Origin: an uncultured Desulfospira sp. | GTDB lineage: Bacteria; Desulfobacterota; Desulfobacteria; Desulfobacterales; Desulfobacteraceae | NCBI GenBank assembly: GCA_963663165.1 | Contig: OY760175.1 | Span: 2,976,001-3,040,000, forward strand | Direction: 5' to 3' | DNA length: 64,000 nt | Shown: piece after piece, positions 18,855-27,719 of the stretch | How positions within the stretch are numbered: the stretch's first letter is position 1 | Layout: every line of letters starts with the position of its first letter | Program-made: the position numbers and the translations under genes | Notes under the pieces: generated by a model | The model's database searches: none | What the model was told of the DNA's origin: nothing | The model's input: only the letters and a program-made list of their open reading frames with translations

Positions 18855-19397
18855 TTATGGTGCGGTGGGGCTGTTAACCGTGCTGTTGAACAGGGGATTG
18901 ATATCTATGGAAATGGTCTGGGATGAGCTGTACACCCCCACGGTCAGGGTAATGGCCACCCTTGAAAGGCCGTCAATGGTCTGATCGGCCAGGGTGGTCC
19001 AGGCATTGCCGTCCCCATCGTAAAAATCCAGGGTAAATGCATTGACACCGTCAATGAGGGCTGCTGCGGTTTCCGACTCCCGGGTCATCGTAACATTGCT
19101 CCCGGACAGGGCAACACAAAAATCCGTGCCATCCCGGGTATAACAGATGCTGTTGGCACCGGTGCTGGACACGGCATCCATATATTTCATCTCCCGGGCC
19201 AGCCGTTCCACGGCCAGGGCCATTTTCTGGAAAGCCTCGTTATTGGCCCTGGCCAGCAAAAAGCCTTCCACACTGTTCACGAAATACATGGCAATGCCCG
19301 CACCGATAATGCCCATGATCACCAGGGTGGCGATCATTTCAATGAAGCTGAACCCCTCTTGCCCACCTAAAATTCCTTTGTTTTTTATCATCATCAA
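18855..19397 (-). CDS. Minor type IV pilin (PilW/MshO-like)
   Basis: EG|FSFIEMIATLVIMGIIG, AVERLAREM. Confidence 0.85.
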   Translation of the reverse strand: MMMIKNKGILGGQEGFSFIEMIATLVIMGIIGAGIAMYFVNSVEGFLLARANNEAFQKMALAVERLAREMKYMDAVSSTGANSICYTRDGTDFCVALSGSNVTMTRESETAAALIDGVNAFTLDFYDGDGNAWTTLADQTIDGLSRVAITLTVGVYSSSQTISIDINPLFNSTVNSPTAP

Positions 19398-19801
19398 TTT
19401 CCCAGCAAAGTGACCATCCGGCTGTTGTTTTTCTGTGCCGTAATCAGGACATACCGGGTTCCGGCTGCAGACAGTTCATCAACCTCCCGGCTGGCATTCG
19501 GCGCACTGAAGCTGGTAAAACTGCCGCTGACCATACCGGATTCAAGGCCGGTAACCACAGTGGCAACATCCCTTCTGGCATACATGCTGATATCGGCATG
19601 GGAATCTTTTTCCAGCTGGTCCCGGTAATGGGCGTTGACCTTTTCAATGGCCTGAAGCACGGCATAATTGTCCTTTAAGGTCATCAGCGGATCAGAACTG
19701 TGGGAAATGCCGTATTTGGTGCTGATCAAAAGGGAGGCGGCAAGGCCGATGAGCACAATAATGATAATGAGCTCTATCAGGGTAAATCCGTTTTCTTTCA
19801 T
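19394..19801 (-). CDS. Minor type IV pilin (PilV/MshD-like)
   Basis: NG|FTLIELIIIIVLIG. Confidence 0.85.
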   Translation of the reverse strand: MKENGFTLIELIIIIVLIGLAASLLISTKYGISHSSDPLMTLKDNYAVLQAIEKVNAHYRDQLEKDSHADISMYARRDVATVVTGLESGMVSGSFTSFSAPNASREVDELSAAGTRYVLITAQKNNSRMVTLLGN

Positions 19802-20385
19802 GGTACGAATCCTGTTTCATGGGTTACGGTAATGGTTCTCGTATTTCCGTCATACGTCGAATTATCCATTAAAACGATACGGATGTCCGAGGTGGCCCGG
19901 GTCAAGGAACCATTGTCCATAAGAGGGCCGTTAATGGTAATGCTGCCGGTTGAGGCGGTGTAGAAAGGAATACCCATATTATCAAACAGCAGGATCAGGC
20001 TGTTGCCTGCGGAAACACTGTCAATGGCCACATTCATCATGTTTGTGTTCATTCTGCCCTGGGCATCCATCATGTCCGAGGCATCGGCCCCAAAGGGTTT
20101 TGTGATGCTGGTCCAGGCCACTACACCGCTTTGCTCCCGGGCCAGCCAGTATGTTTCGCTATTGGCATCAATGCAGATGCCCCATATGCCGGTATCCGAG
20201 AACATGGATTTTGACTGGGCATACCGGATGTGATTTTTTAAGGTCGCTTCCACAGAAAACAGGTCTGAATTTTTACCGTCAAAACTGGCAATGGCCAGGG
20301 CCGATAAAAAGCCTGCGATGACCAGAATGGCAATGGCTTCAATCAGGGTGAACCCCCGATTGTTATTAAGCTGGTTTAGTTTCAT
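19798..20385 (-). CDS. Minor type IV pilin (FimT/MshC-like)
   Basis: RG|FTLIEAIAILVIAG, HIRYAQSKSM, C-terminal TITVTHETGFVP; start reassigned to ATG 20385. Confidence 0.85.
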   Translation of the reverse strand: MKLNQLNNNRGFTLIEAIAILVIAGFLSALAIASFDGKNSDLFSVEATLKNHIRYAQSKSMFSDTGIWGICIDANSETYWLAREQSGVVAWTSITKPFGADASDMMDAQGRMNTNMMNVAIDSVSAGNSLILLFDNMGIPFYTASTGSITINGPLMDNGSLTRATSDIRIVLMDNSTYDGNTRTITVTHETGFVP

Positions 20386-20470
20386 TTTTTGCCTGATCCC
20401 CTCAATCCCCCCATCCAAAATTATATATATTTTATTATATTGGTAATTTTTGTCAATGCCGGGTTATGGA

Positions 20471-21160
20471 TCACTCAATAACAATCACCCCGTCTTTTCC
20501 CTTGGTAATTTTGAAATCTGTATGTTTTTGTGTGGTTCCTTTCCCGGAGACCAGGTCTCGGACCGGGATGGCAAAATTTAAATTCTGTCCTTTGATGCAC
20601 TGAAAGGAGACAATCCCGACCACCTCGCCCTCCATATTCAGAACCGGGCCGCCGCTGGACCCCGGGGACACCGGCGCACTCATCTGGAACACATCGCCAA
20701 GGGTCTCATGCTTTCGCCATGCCGACACAATCCCGCTGGAAATGGTCTGTTCCAACCCCATGGGACTGCCGGCCACCACCACCTTCTCGCCCACCCGGGG
20801 CAGGTTCTCGGCAATTTTCAAAGGTTTTATCTGATTTTTTGGCATGGTGGTGCCCACCTGGAGGAAATCCTTGTATTTCATTCGTTTAACCGTATATGTG
20901 GTCCGGTACCGCTTCTGGTCCCAGGTTTTGATCTGGGCGGTCATCCCGGACGGAATCACATGGTCATTGGTAAGAATCTCCCCTTTTTCATTTAAGAAAA
21001 ACCCACTGCCGACTTTGCCTTTCCCGTCATAGGAATTGAGCATCACCGTTACCAGGCTGGGCCGGATCTGATCGGCAATGGCCTCAACGGTCTGGCAAAA
21101 AGCCGTTGACGCCGGAAGAATCATGGCCAGAACACACCATATTTGGAAAATAATTTTCAT
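20471..21160 (-). CDS. Exported trypsin-like serine protease (S1, no PDZ)
   Basis: Signal peptide, GSGFF, LTNDHV (His), SPGSSGGP (Ser). Confidence 0.9.
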   Translation of the reverse strand: MKIIFQIWCVLAMILPASTAFCQTVEAIADQIRPSLVTVMLNSYDGKGKVGSGFFLNEKGEILTNDHVIPSGMTAQIKTWDQKRYRTTYTVKRMKYKDFLQVGTTMPKNQIKPLKIAENLPRVGEKVVVAGSPMGLEQTISSGIVSAWRKHETLGDVFQMSAPVSPGSSGGPVLNMEGEVVGIVSFQCIKGQNLNFAIPVRDLVSGKGTTQKHTDFKITKGKDGVIVIE

Positions 21161-21369
21161 GATATGTAACTTTTCAAATTAGATTATGGATTGGATCCCC
21201 CCCTTCCGTTTACCGGACAGTATAATGCGGTCAACGCCCAATTGGCAAGCTTATTTAGCCCGTTTCCATACAGCTCCCCCAAAAAAATCGCGCCGCCCCA
21301 TGGCATTTCGCTTTGTCGCCGCAACATTTCGCCGGGGACCGGCAGCCTTTAAGGGCCCCGTGGGAAGCA

Positions 21370-21687
21370 CAGGGCAATCGCATGTAAAAATAAGTTAAAT
21401 CTTCAATAAAATGCAGGGAGACCGGAGGAAAGGAGACCGCAGACCGGAATGCGCTCCTCCAAGGGAACCCGGCATCCGGCAGCTATCGCTCCATTTTGGG
21501 TCAATGCAAGGTTGGAGCGGGCCATGCCCACGATTCGATCGCGGGCATGGCCCGCTCCAACCCTACCGCTCAAACCAGGGAACTTGACGTTTTCGGTCTC
21601 CCGTTCCCGGTCTCCGGTCTTCATTCTATACATTATCATCCATACTCACACATCAAACTATCGGCAGGTTACATGCGATTTGCCTTG
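21370..21687. mobile_element. 318-bp decayed MITE with the same ISAs1-like termini
   Basis: CAGGGCAATCGCATGTAA left, TTACATGCGATTTGCCTTG right; flanks GTGGGAAGCA / AGGGGAACCA match 7/10 (degenerate TSD). Confidence 0.75.
21510..21562. repeat. REP doublet (REPIN-like) inside the MITE
   Basis: ggttggagcgggccatgcccacga-ttcga-tcgcgggcatggcccgctccaacc: 24-bp arms, one mismatch, each arm internally palindromic. Confidence 0.8.
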
Positions 21688-21864
21688 AGGGGAACCATTC
21701 TTCCCTTGACTTTGAGTCAAATAACACTAACAATCGACTCAACATATGAGTCGAAAATGATGGTTAAACGGCTTAGATTATCTGGTATTTGGGGTCAACG
21801 TAAAATCAAGCGGCATGCCGTTTAATTTTACGGTGACCCCCATTATTGAAAAGAAGACTCATCT

Positions 21865-22263
21865 ATGATTTTAGCCAAATTAAACACAAGCCCCCGGCTT
21901 AAATTTATCCGGTTCTGTCTGGTGGGCGGATTTGGTTTTTCCGCAAGCCTGCTGCTCATGGTGATCTGGGTGGAATGCGGACATCTGTCATATTTAACCG
22001 CCACGGCACTGACCTGGCTTTGCGGCAACCTGATGACCTTTTATCTGAACAAGTCCTATACCTTTCAAAAAAGGGGCACCCGCTGGTGGTTTGAACTGCT
22101 TAAATACCTTATGGTGATGGGGGCAAGCCTCGGGTTAACCTTAGGCCTTATGGCATTTCTTTTAAATGGTCTTCATATGAATTACATTGTGGCGACCATA
22201 TGCCTGGCGGTCCTGGTCATGGGGCCAAACTACCTGCTGCATTTGTTATGGAGTTTTAAATAG
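21865..22263 (+). CDS. GtrA-family lipid-linked sugar flippase
   Basis: KFIRFCLVGG, FYLNKSYTF, NYLLHLLWSFK; four TM segments in 132 aa. Confidence 0.9.
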   Translation: MILAKLNTSPRLKFIRFCLVGGFGFSASLLLMVIWVECGHLSYLTATALTWLCGNLMTFYLNKSYTFQKRGTRWWFELLKYLMVMGASLGLTLGLMAFLLNGLHMNYIVATICLAVLVMGPNYLLHLLWSFK

Positions 22264-22266
22264 GCC

Positions 22267-23334
22267 ATGTTAAAGCTGATCAAACGAAACCTCATTGATA
22301 ACCGGCCATACCGCCTCAGGGTGATGCTCAAAGGCGGCCGGATCCTGTTAAAGGCCAGGCTGTTTAAAAAGCCAACCTTAAAATATGTGGATGTGGCCAT
22401 TGATTACCGCTGCAACATGAAATGCGAGCATTGCTTTGCCATCTACAAACTTAAAGACGACACCAGGCCCCAACTGACCATAAAAGAGTTCCGGCAGTTT
22501 GCCGGCCAGATCCAGGCCATGGGGTGTGTTCATGTCAACCTTCAGGGCGGAGAACCGTTGATCATCCCGAACCTTGAAGATTACATCAAAGCCTTTAACC
22601 CGGCCCGATGCCATGTATCGGTCACCACCAACGGGTTTTTCTTTAACGAAGAATGGGCCGTTAAATTAAAAACCGCCGGGGCGGCCCAGCTGGTCTTCAG
22701 CATGGACAGCATGGACGCCGATGCCCATGACCGGTTCAGGCGATGCAGGGGGGCCCATCAACGGGTCCTTGACGCCATAAAACTTGCCAGAAAGCATCAA
22801 TTCTACACCACGGTGAACGTTACGGTCAGTTCAAAGTCCCTGAGAAGCCCGGGCCAGCATGACCTGTTTGACTGGCTGGAGAAACACCATATCCCTTACA
22901 ACCCCATTCTGGCCTGTTCCGTGGGGGGGTATGAAACAGACCGGCTTCTGGTTACCGAACAGGATGCGGCATTGGTGGAAGGCCTTTGCCAAAACGGGAT
23001 CGGCCAGCGGGATATCCACGCCTCCCTGATTAAAACCGGATGCGCCGCCACTTTAGAGCAGGTCTACATCACCCCTTACGGGGATGTGATCCCCTGCCCG
23101 TTTATCCAGATATCCCTGGGCAATATCCGGGAAACCCCCATCCAAAAGATCTGGGCAACAGCGGTTCAAGAGGGGCTTCACGGCCATTACCACGGCAAAT
23201 GCTGGGTGGCCCAGGAAACCGGATTTGTAAAAGCCCTGACCCGGGGCACGGCCCCATACCATACGCTGCCCATTCACCATACGGTTCCCCATGGCCATAA
23301 TATTTTAAGACCATTCTGGGGCCAGGAATCATGA
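22267..23334 (+). CDS. Radical SAM protein with SPASM/Twitch domain
   Basis: CNMKCEHC, GGEP, TTNG, CAA...YITPYGDVIPCPF...LGNI. Confidence 0.92.
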   Translation: MLKLIKRNLIDNRPYRLRVMLKGGRILLKARLFKKPTLKYVDVAIDYRCNMKCEHCFAIYKLKDDTRPQLTIKEFRQFAGQIQAMGCVHVNLQGGEPLIIPNLEDYIKAFNPARCHVSVTTNGFFFNEEWAVKLKTAGAAQLVFSMDSMDADAHDRFRRCRGAHQRVLDAIKLARKHQFYTTVNVTVSSKSLRSPGQHDLFDWLEKHHIPYNPILACSVGGYETDRLLVTEQDAALVEGLCQNGIGQRDIHASLIKTGCAATLEQVYITPYGDVIPCPFIQISLGNIRETPIQKIWATAVQEGLHGHYHGKCWVAQETGFVKALTRGTAPYHTLPIHHTVPHGHNILRPFWGQES

Positions 23335-24032
23335 ACCAGGGGGTTCAAAAAAAATATTATGACCAACGTTCAGCAGCCTATGATCGGGATTTTTTTACCC
23401 CCACCCCCACGGCGGCCCGGAAGCGGTTTAACAAACTGATTCCACCTGACCTTAACCAGACAGACTTTCAAACCATATTGGAGGTTGGGGCCGGCACCGG
23501 GGGATACACAAGGCTTTTAAAAAAACTGCCCCACCATCAAATGGTGGTTTCCGAACTGTCATTTAACATGCTCACGATTTTAAAAGGAAAGGAACAGCCC
23601 CCAAACCGATCTGCTTATCTGGCGGCCGATGCCGCGGGCCTTCCCTTTTTTGATGAAACCTTTGATAATGTCTTTGCCTTTGCCTGTTTTCATCATATAT
23701 CGGATACCGCCGGGGCCTTTAAAGAAATTTACCGGATCTTAAAGCCCAAAGGCCGTTTTTTTTTGATGGAACCCAACCCCGCATTCCCCCTGAACAGCCT
23801 GATGGGCATCTTAAAAAAACATGAGCGGGGAATGGTGTCATCATGGCCGGCCAAATGGAAAGCCCAGGCCTCGTCAGCCGGATTCCACTGCACCCGGGCG
23901 GCGTTTGGGTCCTTTTTTCCGGGAAAGCCGTCATGGATGGAACCGGTTTACCAGGCGGTGGAACCGGTAATGGAAAAAATGCCCGTTATCAGAAACATGG
24001 CTATTTTTTGTTTTTTTACCTTTGAAAAATAA
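23331..24032 (+). CDS. Class I SAM-dependent methyltransferase
   Basis: LEVGAGTG, LPFFDETFD, RILKPKG. Confidence 0.9.
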   Translation: MNQGVQKKYYDQRSAAYDRDFFTPTPTAARKRFNKLIPPDLNQTDFQTILEVGAGTGGYTRLLKKLPHHQMVVSELSFNMLTILKGKEQPPNRSAYLAADAAGLPFFDETFDNVFAFACFHHISDTAGAFKEIYRILKPKGRFFLMEPNPAFPLNSLMGILKKHERGMVSSWPAKWKAQASSAGFHCTRAAFGSFFPGKPSWMEPVYQAVEPVMEKMPVIRNMAIFCFFTFEK

Positions 24033-24049
24033 ACAAACGGACACCCATA

Positions 24050-25498
24050 ATGAAGGTCTTCTTCCTAAACCCGCCGTTCAAACCGTTTTTTTCCAGATCG
24101 GAAAGAAGCCCCCAGGTGGCCAAAAGCCGGACCCTTTACTTTCCGGTATGGCTGGCCCAAAGCGCGGCTTATATTGAAAAAAACGGCCACACCATTGATT
24201 TTGCCGATGCCGTGGCCCAGGACCTGTCGCCGGGTCAATGCCTTGAACGGATTCAACGGTTTGGCCCGGGCCTTGTCATCATGGAGACATCCACGGCCAG
24301 CATTATGTCTGACCTGGGCGTTGTCAAAAAACTTAAAGAACGCCTTCCCGCCATAAAAACCGCCCTGTGCGGGACCCATGTGTCTGCCCTGCCCGAGTGG
24401 ACCCTGAAGGCCTGTCCTGAGTTGGACCATGTGATCATGGGCGAATATGAGACCGCCACATTAAGCCTGATACAGGCCATGGAAAAGGGGCAGGCTGAGT
24501 CGGCACAGGGCACGGCCTGCCACACCGGCGGCCGGATAAGGGTGAACCCGGGAGCGGGGGTTATTCAGAACCTGGATGACATCCCTTTTGCCAGTGCCAT
24601 ATACAAACGGTTCCTCAACCATAAAGATTATTTTTTTGCGGCTGCCGATTATCCGGGAATCATGCTGATGACCGGCCGGGGGTGTCCCAACCAATGCGTC
24701 TGGTGCCTGTTCAACCAGACCCTTCACGGGCGAAGGTACCGGTTCCGCAGCCCGGAAAAGATCATTGCGGAATTTGAATATATCATCCAAAATTTCCCCG
24801 ATGTAAAAGAGATCTGGATTGATGACGACACCTTCACGGCCAATAGAAAACACCTGCATAAGGTCTGTGAGCTGATCATTGAGCGAAAGCTTAAATTCAA
24901 GACCGGACCCTTTAAGTGGTACTGCAATGCCAGGCCCCCGGTCAGCCTGGAGTCTTTAAAGCTGATGAAAAAAGCGGGCTGCCGGCTGATCGTGGTAGGG
25001 TTTGAAAGCGGCTCTGAAGCCATCTTAACCCGGATGAAAAAAGGGTATACCCTGGATAAGGGCATTGCACTGATGCAACACACCAAAAAGGCCGGCATCC
25101 TGGTCCATGGGTGTTTTATGGTGGGCAATGACGGGGAAACCAAAGAGACCATGGAACAAACCCTTGCCCATGCCAAAAAGCTGCTCCCGGACAGTGCCCA
25201 GTTTTATTTTGTCCACCCTTATCCCGGCACCCGCTACTACGCCTGGGCCGCCCAAAAAGGCGTTCTGGCTTCAGATAATTTTAACGACTGGCTTAAGCCC
25301 AACGGGCAGCACCGGTGTGTGATAAACCTTCCCGGCCTTGGGGCGGAACAGCTTGAGGATTTCTGCAACAGGGCTTATAAACGGTACCACTTTTGCGCGC
25401 CCTATCTTTTCATGAAATTAAAGCAGTTGTTCACCCATCCGGCCGAAGGGATCCGCAGCCTCAGGTCTGCCCTTAACTTTATCGCCGGTGCCCTGTAA
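24050..25498 (+). CDS. Cobalamin-binding radical SAM protein (HpnJ-like)
   Basis: FLNPP...YFPVWLAQ B12-domain start, GRGCPNQCVWC, DDDTF, GFESG, PYPGT. Confidence 0.9.
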   Translation: MKVFFLNPPFKPFFSRSERSPQVAKSRTLYFPVWLAQSAAYIEKNGHTIDFADAVAQDLSPGQCLERIQRFGPGLVIMETSTASIMSDLGVVKKLKERLPAIKTALCGTHVSALPEWTLKACPELDHVIMGEYETATLSLIQAMEKGQAESAQGTACHTGGRIRVNPGAGVIQNLDDIPFASAIYKRFLNHKDYFFAAADYPGIMLMTGRGCPNQCVWCLFNQTLHGRRYRFRSPEKIIAEFEYIIQNFPDVKEIWIDDDTFTANRKHLHKVCELIIERKLKFKTGPFKWYCNARPPVSLESLKLMKKAGCRLIVVGFESGSEAILTRMKKGYTLDKGIALMQHTKKAGILVHGCFMVGNDGETKETMEQTLAHAKKLLPDSAQFYFVHPYPGTRYYAWAAQKGVLASDNFNDWLKPNGQHRCVINLPGLGAEQLEDFCNRAYKRYHFCAPYLFMKLKQLFTHPAEGIRSLRSALNFIAGAL

Positions 25499-25499
25499 C

Positions 25500-26534
25500 A
25501 TGGCCGAACCAATTGACATCACGGTGGTGATTGTCTGCCTGAACGAGGCGGCCAACATTGAAAGATGCCTGAACTCGGTTTTGAACCAGGATTTAGATGC
25601 CCCCTATGGGGTCAGTGTTATTGACGGCGGCTCCAGTGACGGCACCATTGAAATCATCAAAAATTTTCAAAAAAAACACCCTGGTTTAAGGCTGCTCAAC
25701 AACCCTGAACAGGTCATTTCACCGGCCAGGAATATGGGCTGGCAAACGGCCCAGACACCGTTTATCGCCTATATTGATGCCGACTGCAAGGCCCCTTCGA
25801 ACTGGTTGAGGACCCTTCTGGCCGGGTTTAAACATCTTGAGGCCAAAGGGGTTAACCCGGCCTGTGTGGGCGGCGGCAACTATCCGCCGGGCCAGGCCGG
25901 CGACTTTTATAAAGCCATTGATATTTTCACCTCCTCGCCGTTCGGGAACAGGGGAACGCTTCAGACCCATATGCCGGAGGATATCACCCAAATTAACCAT
26001 GCCCCGACCTTAAACACCCTGTATCGGCGAAAGGCAGTGGAACAGGCCGGCGGCTTTGATGAAAAAAGGTTCCCCCTGGTCGGAGAGGATGAAGATCTGA
26101 ATACCAGGCTTTCGGACATGGGCTTAGGGATATACTTTATTCCCGGTGCCCCGGTGGCACACTACCAGAAAAACGACATCCGGTCCTGGGCGAAAAACAT
26201 GGTGACCTATGGTTTTGGAAGGGTTAAGCTCATGAAGCGGCACAAACGGCTTTTCAGCCTTAAAAATTTTATGCCGCTGCTGCTGCCCGTTGTGATGGGG
26301 CTGCCGCTTCTTTCTGTTCTATCCTTTAACACCGGTATTTTTTTGGGGTCTTTATGCCCGCTTGCCTTTTATCTGCTTTTTTTTCTTTTCCACAGTTTTA
26401 CCCTGACCCGTAAAGCAAAACGACCGAACCTCTTTAAAACCGTATTCGCCCTTTTCCCGGTCACCCATTTTTTTTATGCCGCAGGCATGGCAAAAGCCTA
26501 TTGGGAATCGGTAAAAGAAGTCTTCTCCACATAG
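25500..26534 (+). CDS. GT2 glycosyltransferase with C-terminal TM helices
   Basis: CLNEA, DGGSSDGT, ARN, IDAD, GGFDE, GEDEDL. Confidence 0.92.
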   Translation: MAEPIDITVVIVCLNEAANIERCLNSVLNQDLDAPYGVSVIDGGSSDGTIEIIKNFQKKHPGLRLLNNPEQVISPARNMGWQTAQTPFIAYIDADCKAPSNWLRTLLAGFKHLEAKGVNPACVGGGNYPPGQAGDFYKAIDIFTSSPFGNRGTLQTHMPEDITQINHAPTLNTLYRRKAVEQAGGFDEKRFPLVGEDEDLNTRLSDMGLGIYFIPGAPVAHYQKNDIRSWAKNMVTYGFGRVKLMKRHKRLFSLKNFMPLLLPVVMGLPLLSVLSFNTGIFLGSLCPLAFYLLFFLFHSFTLTRKAKRPNLFKTVFALFPVTHFFYAAGMAKAYWESVKEVFST

Positions 26535-27688
26535 GTTTCAACACAAAACAGGAACAAGGATGTGCCGATAATCTGAAATCCCACGATCAGGCAGGTAACC
26601 GACGGGACCACCCACCGCATGGTCATGGCATTGTCAAGCCCCCCGAAATGTTTTGAGCCCCAGTAGCCAAAGGCAATGGCGAACAACACCGCCCCAAGGC
26701 AGATAAACAGGGCGCCAATGGTCAGCCATGACTCCATTTTATAATATTTCAATATCTTATGGGAGATGCTCTTTTTTCTGAGCAAGGGGATATTGCGATG
26801 GATCAGGACCTTTGAATACAGGCCGATCTGGATGAACTGAAGCCCGATGATAAAGACCACGGCCATGTACAGGAGCCTTTGGGGGCCGGCATCAAACCCG
26901 AGCACCGAATAGGGGGTGATCACCATGGAGGCGCTGGAAAAAAAACCGATAACGGCCATGATAATCCCGGGATAAATAAACAAAAACTGGGGGCTGTACA
27001 CAAACAAAAACCGCAAATGCCGCCAGCCGTCCCGGAAGGGATTTAAGTGGGGCGGCCGGTCCCGGCCGTCTTTGCGAAGGGTGACCGGGACCTCCATTCG
27101 CCGGATATCCAGCAATGCGGCTTTAACGATAATTTCCGAGGCAAATTCCATTCCCGAAGAATTTAAGTCCATGGCGTCATAGGCTTTTTTCGTAAATGCC
27201 CTGAGGCCGCAATGGGCGTCGGAAAGCCCGGACTTGAAAAACAGATTTAACACGCCGGTCAGCAGCGGGTTCCCGATATACCGGTTTTTCCAGGGCATGG
27301 CCCCTTTTTCAATCTGTCCTTTCAAGCGGGTGCCCATGACCAGGCCGAACCCGTCTTCATGAAGGTGCTTTATCATGTCAAAGGCCTGGCGGAAATCGTA
27401 TGACCCGTCAGAATCCCCCATGACGATGTATGTCCCGAGGCTTTTTTTGATGCCGTACCGGATGGCGTTGCCGTACCCTTTGTCCGGGCAGTTGACCACC
27501 CGGCCCCCCAAGCGTTCCCCAAGTTCCTGGCTGCCGTCAATGGACCCGTTATCCGAAATAATGATCTCGCCTTGAAGCCCCAGTTGTTCACGGCATTTTT
27601 CAAGGCATTCCCCGGCCCATCCCATGCAGGTGCCCAGGGTCTTCACTTCATTGAGACACGGCATTACAATGGAAATATCAATCGGCAT
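26498..27688 (-). CDS. GT2 polyprenol-phosphate glycosyltransferase (DPM1/GtrB-like) with C-terminal TMs
   Basis: MPCLNE, DNGSIDGS, GYGNA, GDSDGSYD, SDAHCGLRAF, GMEFASE, RDGWRHL; start reassigned to ATG 27688. Confidence 0.92.
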   Translation of the reverse strand: MPIDISIVMPCLNEVKTLGTCMGWAGECLEKCREQLGLQGEIIISDNGSIDGSQELGERLGGRVVNCPDKGYGNAIRYGIKKSLGTYIVMGDSDGSYDFRQAFDMIKHLHEDGFGLVMGTRLKGQIEKGAMPWKNRYIGNPLLTGVLNLFFKSGLSDAHCGLRAFTKKAYDAMDLNSSGMEFASEIIVKAALLDIRRMEVPVTLRKDGRDRPPHLNPFRDGWRHLRFLFVYSPQFLFIYPGIIMAVIGFFSSASMVITPYSVLGFDAGPQRLLYMAVVFIIGLQFIQIGLYSKVLIHRNIPLLRKKSISHKILKYYKMESWLTIGALFICLGAVLFAIAFGYWGSKHFGGLDNAMTMRWVVPSVTCLIVGFQIIGTSLFLFCVETYVEKTSFTDSQ

Positions 27689-27719
27689 TTTTTTGATTCC
27701 AATTAAGGGGGTCCCCCTG

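Noticed and set aside
22267..23334. Radical SAM/SPASM as a RiPP maturase
   Set aside because: No precursor peptide or RRE domain seen nearby; neighbours are glycosylation genes.
24050..26534. Hopanoid biosynthesis cluster
   Set aside because: No shc, hpnH/G/K or squalene synthase genes in the window.
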